Under the pieces are notes generated by a model that saw nothing but the letters and a program-made list of their open reading frames with translations, ran no database searches and was not told the DNA's origin. Shown in pieces: positions 1 to 10,600 of a DNA stretch of 64,000 bases. How positions within the stretch are numbered: position 1 is the first letter of the stretch; every line of letters starts with the position of its first letter. The DNA is taken from NCBI GenBank assembly GCA_051362555.1, contig CM120644.1:20048534-20112533 (forward strand). Reading direction: 5' to 3'. The DNA is from Lingula anatina (Eukaryota; Animalia; Brachiopoda). The translations under genes were made by a program, and so were the position numbers.

Positions 1-343
1 TGATTTGTACCTCCTCTATGGCGTTTGATCCCTCTAAGAAGTGATTTGATTGTCCAATTACTGGTCAGAGGGTTGGGGAGATCGTGCTCTCTATGCAGTA
101 GCTGGATTATATTAACATATTGCTGAATCGTCGAGAAGGATTTTGACCTAGCAAGGAAAGCTATATATCTGGCTATGGTACAAGTGTCTGCTGGCACTGG
201 CGGTTTCCTAACGAGTTTACAAAAGTCCCGATAACTCTTTTCCTGTGTGGCATACGCGCGTCGAGTGGTGGGTGCCCAACATTGACCGCGCCAAGTGGCT
301 ATCTCCCCGTCCAGATCCTCGAGCAGCTTATCCAACTGTCTAT
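1..343 (-). CDS. Tyrosine recombinase N-terminal (SAM-like core-binding) region, partial; runs off the left edge
   Basis: Manual translation: DRQLDKLLEDLDGEIATWRGQCWAPTTRRAYATQEKSYRDFCKLVRKPPVPADTCTIARYIAFLARSKSFSTIQQYVNIIQLLHREHDLPNPLTSNWTIKSLLRGIKRHRGG. The T..AY...Y..FC, Y.AFL, STI.QY and LL.GIKR pattern is typical of DIRS/Ngaro YRs. Catalytic RHRY residues lie outside the window. Missed by the ORF track. Confidence 0.8.
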
Positions 344-2499
344 CTGAGGAGAGAGAAATGAGATGGCATCATTAGACATGTGTGCCGGCAACCATATGTA
401 CTCTGAAACTTGATCACATGTTTTATATAGTAAATTTATAAATCTACTAATCTGACCATGCTCGTGTAACCGGCTGATAGCGTCTGCAACTGAGTTACTC
501 TCGCCCGGAATAAAGTGCGCCTCCAGTTTGAAGTCGAACCGGTGTGGCGTGTACCGCTCGGAGCGTGAACCATCCGTTCTGCTCATGCGCACAAAGCGCA
601 GGCAAATCTGAGAGACTTCCGGCGTGTACAGTCCGTCTCTATCGAGTCATCAATACATTCTTAGCCTTCTATAAACATGCGCTGTTGAAAACATACCGCT
701 AATTCTAACATAATCTTTACAAGTATTCATATCTTATTCTTTGTTCAACTCTGCTGTGATATCCCTCAGGTAGCCATATCAACACACTAGCCTAGTAAAA
801 TCAATACTAAAATAGTAGCCAGCAGCTGTATAACGACGGTCCGTCCAGGGTAGGTTCATTCATGCGTCTAACTGTAATTTGACGCTGGTTCTCAACCAAA
901 ATTATCAATTAACACATATGAATTTTATCCCCATCATAGTAAATGTATAATGAGGTAGGAAATGAACTAGCCGAAGATAACAGTGCAGCAGGTGAATAAC
1001 AACGGATCATTCACGGAACGGCTCATACACGCGTCTGCTGCGTGTACAATCGGTCAGGACGGATGGTTCACGCAGAACGGACCGTACACGTGACACCGGG
1101 CAGACAGGAGGTATAATTGCTCTAATAGGGCAAAGGCGGTAGGGCTAGTCGTAGTCCCATTGTTAATCATATATACGGAGGCAATGTTATCGGAATAGAA
1201 GTGTACGTGCTGTCCCTTCCAAAGCCTTCCCCAGCGTCGCGCGGCTAAGACAATTGTAGCTAACTCCTTAGCGTTAATATGTTGGTCGGCGAACGAAGGG
1301 GCGTCGACATCCCAGGCGTAGTAGAACCAGTCTCCCAAGCAGAAAGCTCCGCCGGCGACCGTACACGCATCTGTGTGTACTTCAACTTCTGGTCTATCGT
1401 TCCATATTGTCCTCCTACTATTGCACTGAATTTGTGTAGCCCACCAAGCTAGATCGCCGTGGATGGCACGCAACAGACACTTGTGCGATGCGGCTTTAGT
1501 CGACGACATAAGGCTGTATATCCTCCTCAGGTGAAGTTTTCCCCAGGGGATGACGTTGCTAGCCCAGACCAGGTGCCCGGCTAGTCGCTCTAACTGCTTC
1601 CGCGTCGCTCGTTTACGCTTTAAAAATGTGAATAATAAGTCCTCAAGTTTCGTTAACTTAGTGTGTTCGAGGGATACTTTTCCCGCGCACGAGTCAATTT
1701 CAATACCCAAGAAAACTATTTTCTGTGTCGGGTCATTCACTTTCTTCCAGTTTATGGCAAAACCCAGCGAGCGGAGCAATTGTACGAGAGTGTTGTATGC
1801 TGCTAAACATTCCGCAAAATCTTTTCCCGCTACAATAAAGTCGTCTAAGTAGGCTACTACAACCGGGAAACCTCTCCTTAACATCATCCGGCGCACAGCC
1901 TGAGTGAGTGTATTAAAAATAGCCGGACTTTTACGTCCACCGAAGGGGAGTCTTAAATCAACAAGGGTGGTAGGTTTGCTTTTTCCAGTAAACGTCCACT
2001 GTAGCCCTGTGTATTGGTGATTGCTTGGATGTAGTTCTACGGAGCGATACGCGTTGGCTAAATCAACTTTTGCAAGGTACCAGTGGGGCTTGATATTACA
2101 TAATACTTCCTGTACTGACTGATAACTCACACTGTCCTTAGTCGCGTAATCATTCACACTGGTTCCTTCCGGTCTGCTACAGTCATGAATTAATCTTATG
2201 TTTCCGTCCGGCTTTGGCACCGCATGGAGTCCACTAATTATACGAGGAGTAGTTTCCGCTATGGCATAATGACCCTCAGCTATACCTTCTAACAGTTTTG
2301 CCTCTACTTGTTCCCTCGCTCTAATAGCTGTAACTGAATTGGGAACGTATGCCCTATCCGGAATAATAGAGTCATCATCTATAATTGAAAAACCATACCG
2401 TATCCCGTTAAGAATATATTCACGGTCCGGATCGTCTGCTAGCTCTTGTTCCCACACGTGAACAGCTTTTCTTAGCGTGGAATTGTCCTTATCTACCAC
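299..2499 (-). pseudogene. Reverse transcriptase/RNase H ORF, disrupted by the insertion at 543-1095
   Basis: RT motifs KVDLANAY, LPFG, YLDD and FLGI; RNase H motifs HTDAC, INAKEL and YSDN. Removing 543-1095 plus one CCGG fuses ...YLLSAR to FDFKLEAHFIPGESNSVADAISR (the last RNase H motif) in frame, ending at the stop at 299. Confidence 0.9.
543..1095. mobile_element. 553-bp non-autonomous TIR element (TGT...ACA, 4-bp CCGG TSD; Ginger1-like, solo LTR less likely)
   Basis: CCGG at 539-542 and 1096-1099. The ends tgtggcgtgtaccgctcggagcgtgaaccatccgttctg and caggacggatggttcacgcagaacggaccgtacacgtgaca are imperfect ~40-bp inverted repeats. No coding capacity. Confidence 0.85.
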
Positions 2500-3536
2500 T
2501 TTTTTGAATCCGGGACGTGTTCTGGGGTTGTTTTCTGGGGGTAGGTTTGCTTATGGTCGAAATCCCCGTGGGTGGGCGAGAAACATTTTAAGCAAATGTG
2601 AGAATATTTGCATACGCGGAGACTACAGCCGTTGCGCCCGTTGAATCTCTCGCAGATTGGCCTTGCTGTATTTGGGTCTACTTTACCGCGCTGGATGAAA
2701 TTTTGGCCTCTTGGATTCTGATGTCCTGTGGGGCGCTTGTTCTCTCCCCTCTGTAGTAGGAGTTGCATCAGGTATTGGTCATCTTTTCCCCAGTCGCTGT
2801 TCTCCCGTGCCTGTTTCTTCCTGAACTCGTAGTCGAAGTTCACGATACTCTCCCACGAAAACGCCTGTGCGAACGTAGCGATCTTGATGAGATAATCGAT
2901 GTGCTCATCCGTCGTGCTCTCCCCGGCATTGCGCATTTCTCTGAGGATCCGTAGCGACCCCTCCATGTACTGGGCCAGTGACAGTTTGGCCAGTGGGATT
3001 TTGGTATCCTTAACCTTTATTTGAAAGGGGCCCATGTCTACTGTATTGGAGTTGGAAGTTTCTGCTGCGAGTGTCACAAAGTCTCTAACATCTCGGAAGA
3101 TACCCGACTTCCCCTTTCTTGCCTCCCCCACTTTAAGGCACATACCTGTAAAATCCTGTGAGGTAGCTTTCTCCTGTTCCGCTGCGGCGGAGGTCATCAA
3201 ACCCAGGATCTCATCTACAGTCAGGGCACCTCCGTTTGCCAGTCTCTGTCGAACGTCGACTTCGGTGCTCTTTGGCTGGACGTCTGCTACGCTTGGGGTG
3301 GTCGCGCTTGGGGCACTGCTTTCTGCACTCGAGTTTAACTCTTTCACAGCGTCCTCTAGAAGAAAGAGCTGGGCTGGGGGGAGATCTTCGCCATACAGCC
3401 TTTCAATTCTCTCTGGGGTGAGCTTCTTTAATGATTTAGCGGAATCGAATCCTTTCTCCATTAAGGCAGCTAGTGTCTCTGTCGAAAGTCCGTTCTCTTC
3501 TTTCCATACGTGAGGATCGAATTCTTCTTCTGCCAT
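2493..3536 (-). CDS. Gag-like ORF1 (~347 aa from ATG 3536) with C-terminal Cys/His zinc finger
   Basis: ORF track 2493..3626; the first ATG gives MAEEEF. N-terminal helical SAM-like segment (WKEENGLSTETLAALMEKGFDS...), WESIVNFDYEFRKKQA motif and C-terminal CERFNGRNGCSLRVCKYSHICLKCFSPTH finger, as seen in DIRS/Ngaro ORF1. Confidence 0.85.
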   Translation of the reverse strand: MAEEEFDPHVWKEENGLSTETLAALMEKGFDSAKSLKKLTPERIERLYGEDLPPAQLFLLEDAVKELNSSAESSAPSATTPSVADVQPKSTEVDVRQRLANGGALTVDEILGLMTSAAAEQEKATSQDFTGMCLKVGEARKGKSGIFRDVRDFVTLAAETSNSNTVDMGPFQIKVKDTKIPLAKLSLAQYMEGSLRILREMRNAGESTTDEHIDYLIKIATFAQAFSWESIVNFDYEFRKKQARENSDWGKDDQYLMQLLLQRGENKRPTGHQNPRGQNFIQRGKVDPNTARPICERFNGRNGCSLRVCKYSHICLKCFSPTHGDFDHKQTYPQKTTPEHVPDSKKW

Positions 3537-4392
3537 GATAAACACGTGTTGTCCGACAGATAAAACCAAGATCGTATAGTTAGGGAAAAACCCGTTAGAT
3601 ATCAAAGTACAAAAACGAGAATTCAAAAATCAAAGTATGCCGCTGCGAAGCTGACGCAAGCGTGCGTCTTGTTCAGTAACAAACTAGCGACTGCAGATTT
3701 CAAATTACCGCACGTTGAGCATCGGCCAATGAGAAACGATGTCCGTTAAGCAGGCTGGTCCTATCAGGGGAGAGAGAACGATGTCTGTTGTAATCTCTGC
3801 CAATAGAAGATCGTTTACATAAAGTCCGTTAAGCGGGCTAACCAACCAGCGGTCGGGAGAAAGGTAACAGGCACGCTGCGTGAGCGTGATAAGCGTACCA
3901 TCTGTGCGTCATTTTAAATCCGACTTATAAATAAGTCTTAACTAATTTTCAGTTCTTTCAGTTATATTGTTCTTTTTCCAGAGTACCCTTACCGTGATAA
4001 AACAGGCAGTGAAAGACAAGACCAAGAGCAGCACTATATCTCATCCATTTGTATAGTGCACTATATTTGACAGGATTTAGGACATTGTTAGATATTGTGA
4101 TAACAACAACCCCTTCCAGAATCCCCTTGTAAGGAGTAATCTGCATCTGGCATTGGTAGTAAGGAGAAGTCATTTATGGGTATATATTGTTTTCCAGATG
4201 ACGGTTTAGGTAACTTGCAACTTCCTACACAAACAACCTCAAATCATCACATTTGCTGTTTTCTTTCAGAGTAAATAATACATTGCAATATTGAAATATT
4301 TGTTTCGGTTAATTCTCACTCTTCTGATGATCAATTTTCCATGATTAATTTTTTAGTTTATCATCCGAAGACAATGCTTTTCATAAGTCACA

Positions 4393-4606
4393 CACCCCAT
4401 TCTCATAGATTAGATCGACCTACATTGGATCGACCTAACTCCCTGGGGGTTCACGCTAAATAGCTGTCAGCCAGGCGGACACGAAAGTTAATTACCCCTT
4501 AAAGCTTGTAGTAGGCGGGGATGGACACTTAAGGGGCATTATCTGACAGTAATCTAGTGAGACTCCCCGCGGTGATAGATCGATCTAAAAGTTGTGAGAA
4601 CAGAGC
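4393..4606. mobile_element. 214-bp palindromic MITE inserted in the satellite (copy 1)
   Basis: Interrupts agtcacagtc with duplicated caca (or aca). Nested inverted repeats: ttctca..ttagatcga / tcgatctaa..tgagaa, ctgtcag/ctgacag and ccccttaa/ttaagggg. Confidence 0.8.
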
Positions 4607-7600
4607 CACAGTCAACTTATCAGCTTATCACAGATTTTTATTGTTGTTAAGCATCATTTGTGCAAATTTCAGAAATATTGGAACATTTTTGACAAAGTTA
4701 TTAGCATTTAACTATTTTAAGTCCTACGATTTCCCAGTCTTTATAATGTAATTTTTAGTTTTTCCCAAATATATTGTCCTAAAAAAACACTTTTAATTAG
4801 TCACAGTCAACTGATCAGATTATCACAGATTTTTATTGTTCTTAATCATCTTTTGTGCAAATTTCAGAAATATTGGAACATTTTTGACAAAGTTATTAGC
4901 ATTTAACTATTTTAAGTCCTCCGATTTCTCAATCTTTTCAATGTAATTTTATAGTTGTCCGAAATATATTGTCCTAAAAAAAACTTTTCCTTAGATACAG
5001 TCAACTGATCAGCTTATCACAGATTGTTATTGTTGTTAAGCATCATTTGTACAAATTTCAGTAACATTGGACAAGATTTGACAAAATTATTAACATTTAA
5101 CTATTTTAAGTCCTACGATTTCCTGGTCTTTTCAATGTAATTTTTAGTTTTCCCAAATATATTGTCCTTAAAACACTTTTCATTAGATACAGTCATTTGA
5201 TCAGATTATCACAGATTTTTATTGTTGTTAAGCATCTTTTGTACAAATGTCAGAAATATTAGACCAGATTTGACAAAATTATTAACGTTTAACTATTTTA
5301 AGTCATTGAATTTGCCAGTCTTTTCAATGTAATTTTCAGTTCTTTCAGTTATATTGTTCTTTTTCCAGAGTACCCTTACCATGATAAAACAGGCAGTGAA
5401 AGACAAGACCAAGAGCAGCACTATATCTCATCCATTTGTACAGTGCACTATATTTGGCAGGATTTAAGACATTGTTAGATATTGTGATAACAACAACCCC
5501 TTCCAGAATCCCATTGTAAGGAGTAATCTGCATCTGGCATTGGTAGTAAGGAGAAGTCATTTATGGGTATATATTGTTTTCCAGATGACGGTTTAGGTAA
5601 CTTGCAACTTCCTACACAAACAACCTCAAATCATCACATTTGCTGTTTTCTTGCAGAGTAAATAATACATTGCAATATTGAAATATTTGTTTCGGTTAAT
5701 TCTCACTCTTCTGATGATCAATTTTAATGATTAATTTTTTAGTTTATCATCCGAAGACAATACTTTTCATTAGTCACAGTCAACTTATCAGCTTATCACA
5801 GATTTTTATTGTTGTTAAGCATCATTTGTACAATTTCAGAAACATTGGACAAGATTTGGCAAAATTATTAACATTTAACTATTTTAAGTCCGGCGATTTC
5901 CTGGTCTTTTCAATGTAATTTTTAGTTTTCCCAAATATATTGTACTTAAAACACTTTTCATTAGATACAGTCAACTGATCAGATTATCACAGATTTTTAT
6001 TGTTCTTAATCATCTTTTGTACAAATTTCAGAAATATTGGAACATTTTTGACAAAGTTATTAGCATTTAACTATTTTAAGTCCTCCGATTTCTCAGTCTT
6101 TTCAATGTAATTTTATAGTTGTCCGAAATATATTGTCCTAAAAATAACTTTTCCTTAGATACAGTCAACTGATCAGCTTATCACAGATTTTAATTGTTGT
6201 TAAGCATCATTTGTACAAATTTCAGTAACATTGGACAAGATTTGACAAAATTATTAACATTTAACTATTTTAAGTCCTACGATTTCCCACTCTTTTCAAT
6301 GTAATTTTATAGTTGTCCAAAATATATTGTCCTAAAAAAACTTTTCCTTAGATACAGTCAACTGATCAGCTTATCACAGATTTTTATTGTTGTTAAGCAT
6401 CATTTGTACAAATTTCAGTAACATTGGACAAGATTTGACAAAATTATTAACATTTAACTATTTTAAGTCCTACGATTTCCCACTCTTTTCAATGTAATTT
6501 TATAGTTGTCCAAAATATATTGTCCTAAAAAAAACTTTTCCTTTGATACAGTCAATTGATCAGCTTATCACAGATTTTTATTTTTGTTAAGCATCATTTG
6601 TACAAATTTCAGTAACATTGGACAAGATTTGACAAAATTATTAACATTTAACTATTTTAAATCCTGCGATTTCCTGGTCTTTTCAATGTAATTTTATAGT
6701 TGTCCAAAATATATTGTCCTAAAAAAAACTTTTCCTTAGATACAGTCAACTGATCAGCTTATCACAGATTTTAATTGTTGTTAAGCATCATTTGTACAAA
6801 ATTCAGTAACATTGGACAAGATTTGACAAAATTATTAACATTTAACTATTTTAAGTCCTACGATTTCCCAGTCTTTTCAATGTAATTTTATAGTTGTCCG
6901 AAATATATTGTCCTAAAAAAAACTTTTCCTTAGATACAGTCAATTGATCAGCTTATCACAGATTTTTATTGTTGTTAAGCATCATTTGTACAAATTTCAG
7001 TAACATTGGACAAGATTTGACAAAATTATTAACATTTAACTATTTTAAGTCCTGCGATTTCCTGGTCTTTTCAATTTAATTTTTAGTGTTCCCAAATATA
7101 TTGTCCTTAAAACACTTTTCATTAGATACAGTCATTTGATCAGATTTTCACAGATTTTTATTGTTGTTAAGCATCTTTTGTACAAATTTCAGAAATATTA
7201 GACCAGATTTGACAAAATTATTAACGTTTAACTATTTTAAGTCATTGAATTTGCCAGTCTTTTCAATGTAATTTTCAGTTCTTTCAGTTATATTGTTTCT
7301 TTTTCCAGAGTACCCTTACCATGATAAAACAGGCAGTGAAAGACAAGACCAAGAGCAGCACTATATCTCATCCATGTGTACAGTGCACTATATTTGGCAG
7401 GATTTGGGACATTGTCAGATATTGTGATAACAACAACCCCTTTCGGAATCCCATTGTAAGGAGTAATCTGCATCTGGCATTGGTAGTAAGGAGAAGTCAT
7501 TTATGGGTATATATTGTTCTCCAGATGACGGTTTAGGTAACTTGCAACTTCCTACACAAACAACCTCAAATTATCACATTTGCTGTTTTCTTTCAGAGTA

Positions 7601-10600
7601 AATAATACATTGCAATATTGAAATATTTGTTTTGGTTACTTCTCACTCTTCTGATGATCAATTTTAATGATTAATTTTTTAGTTTATCATCCGAAGACAA
7701 TACTTTTCATTAGTCACAGTCAACTTATCAGCTTATCACAGATTTTTATTGTTGTTAAGCATCATTTGTGCAAATTTCAGAAATATTGGAACATTTTTGA
7801 CAAAGTTATTAGCATTTAATTATTTAAGTCCTACGATTTCCCAGTCTTTTCAATGTGATTTTTAGTTTTCCCAAATATATTGTCCTAAGAAAACACTTTT
7901 AATTAGTCTAAGTCAGCTGATCAGCTTATCACAGATTTTTATTGTTGTTAAGCATCATTTGTGCAAATTTCAGAAATATTGGAACATTTTTGACAAAGTT
8001 ATTAGCATTTAACTATTTTAAGTCCTCCGATTTCCCAGTCTTTTCAATGTAATTTTATAGTTGTCCGAAATATATTGTCCTAAAAAAAACTTTTCCTTAG
8101 ATACAGTCAACTGATCAGCTTATCAGAGATTTTTATTGTTGTTAAGCATCATTTGTACAAATTTCAGTAACATTGGACAAGATTTGACAAAATTATTAAC
8201 ATTTAACTATTTTAAGTCCTGCTATTACCTTTTCTTTTCAATGTAATTTTTTAGTTTTCCCAAATATATTGTCCTTAAAACACTTTTCATTAGATACAGT
8301 CAAGTGAAAGACAAGACCAAGAGCAGCACTATATCTCATCCATGTGTACAGTGCACTTTATTTGGCAGGATTTGGGATATTGTCAGATATTGTGATAACA
8401 ACAACCCCTTTCAGAATCCCATTGTAAGGAGTAATCTGCATCTGGCATTGGTAGTAAGGAGAAGTCATTTATGGGTATATATTGTTCTCCAGATGACGGT
8501 TTAGGTAACTTGCAACTTCCTACACAAACAACCTCAAATCATCACATTTGCTGTTTTCTTTCAGAGTAAATAATACATTGCAATATTGAAATATTTGTTT
8601 TGGTTACTTCTCACTCTTCTGATGATCAATTTTCATGATTAATTTTTTAGTTTATCATCCGAAGACAATACTTTTCATTAGTCACAGTCACCTTATCAGC
8701 TTATCACAGATTTTTATTGTTGTTAAGCATCATTTGTGCAAATTTCAGAAATATTGGAACATTTTTGACAAAGTTATTAGCATTTAACTATTTTAAGTCC
8801 TCCGATTTCTCAGTCTTTTCAATGTAATTTTATAGTTGTCCGAAATATATTGTCCTAAAAAAAACTTTTCCTTAGGTACAGTCAACTGATCAGCTTATCA
8901 TAGATTTTTATTGTTGTTAAGCATCTTTTGTACAAATTTCAGTAACATTGGACAAGATTTGACAAAATTATCAACATTTAACTATTTTAAGTCCTGCTAT
9001 TACCTTTTCTTTTCAATGTAATTTTTTAGTTTTCCCAAATATATTGTCCTTAAAACACTTTTTATTAGATACAGTCAACTGATCAGATTATCGTAGATTT
9101 TTGTTGTTGTTAAACATCTTTTGTACAAATTTCAGAAATATTGGAACATTTTTTACAAAGTTATTAGCATTTAACTATTTTAAGTCATTGAATTTGACAG
9201 TCTTTTCAATGTAATTTTCAGTTCTTTCAGTTATATTGTTCTTTTTCCAGAGTACCCTTACCATGATAAAACAGGCAGTGAAAGACAAGACCAAGAGCAG
9301 CACTATATCTCATCCATGTGTACAGTGCACTATATTTGGCAGGATTTGGGACATTGTCAGATATTGTGATAACAACAACCCCTTTCGGAATCCCATTGTA
9401 AGGAGTAATCTGCATCTGGCATTGGTAGTAAGGAGAAGTCATTTATGGGTATATATTGTTCTCCAGATGACGGTTTAGGTAACTTGCAACTTCCTACACA
9501 AACAAACTCAAATCATCACATTTGCTGTTTTCTTTCAGAGTAAATAATACATCGCAATTTTTAAAAATTTGTTTTGGTTACTACTCACTCTTCTGATAAT
9601 CAATTTTCATGATTAATTTTTTAGTTTATCATCCGAAGACAATACTTTTCATTAGTCACAGTCAACTTATCAGCTTATCACAGATTTTTATTGTTGTTAA
9701 GCATCATTTGTGCAAATTTCAGAAATATTGGAACATTTTTGACAAAGTTATTAGCATTTAACTATTTTAAGTCCTACGATTTCCCAGTCTTTATAATGTA
9801 ATTTTTTTTTTCCCAAATATATTGTCCTAAAAAAACACTTTTAATTAGTCACAGTCAGCTGATCAGCTTATCACAGATTTTAATTGTTATGAAGCATCAT
9901 TTGTGCAAATTTCAGAAATATTGGAACATTTTTGACAAAGTTATTAGCATTTAACTATTTTAAGTCCTCCGATTTCCCAGTCTTTTCAATGTAATTTTAT
10001 AGTTGTCTGAAATATATTGTCCTAAAAAAAACTTTTCCTTAGATACAGTCAACTGATCAGCTTATCACAGATTTTTATTGTTGTTAAGCATCATTTGTAC
10101 AAATTTCAGAAACATTGGACAAGATTTGACAAAATTATTAACATTTAACTATTTTAAGTCCTGCGATTTCCTGGTCTTTTCAATGTAATTTTTAGTGTTC
10201 CCAAATATATTGTCCTTAAAACACTTTTCATTAGATACAGTCATTTGATCAGATTATCACAGATTTTTATTGTTGTTAATCATCTTTTGTACAAATTTCA
10301 GAAATATTAGACCAGATTTGACAAAATTATTAACGTTTAACTATTTTAAGTCATTGAATTTGCCAGTCTTTTCAATGTAATTTTCAGTTCTTTCAGTTAT
10401 ATTGTTCTTTTTCCAGAGTACCTTTACCGTGATAAAACAGGCAGTGAAAGACAAGACCAAGAGCAGCACTATATCTCATCCATTTGTACAGTGCACTATA
10501 TTTGGCAGGATTTAGGACATTGTTAGATATTGTGATAACAACAACCCCTTCCAGAATCCCATTGTAAGGAGTAATCTGCATCTGGCATTGGTAGTAAGGA

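Larger units (their letters stand above)
1..3942 (-). mobile_element. Tyrosine-recombinase retrotransposon (DIRS order, Ngaro-like), 5' portion; continues beyond the left edge
   Basis: Overlapping gag, RT/RNase H and YR frames on the minus strand. No DDE integrase, protease or methyltransferase is visible between RNase H and YR. Higher GC than the flanks, with an abrupt junction to the satellite at ~3942/3943 (...aagtcttaac|taattttcag). Confidence 0.9.

Noticed and set aside
1550-3513. Plus-strand ORFs antisense to gag/pol (1550..1852, 2763..2954, 3034..3513, 3236..3421)
   Set aside because: Shadow ORFs of the GC-richer coding strand with no motifs.
4320-4400. C/D-box snoRNA in each unit (tgatga followed by ctga)
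   Set aside because: The C box lacks the purine consensus and is mutated in some copies (tgataa). There is no terminal stem or properly spaced D box, and no recognisable rRNA antisense element.
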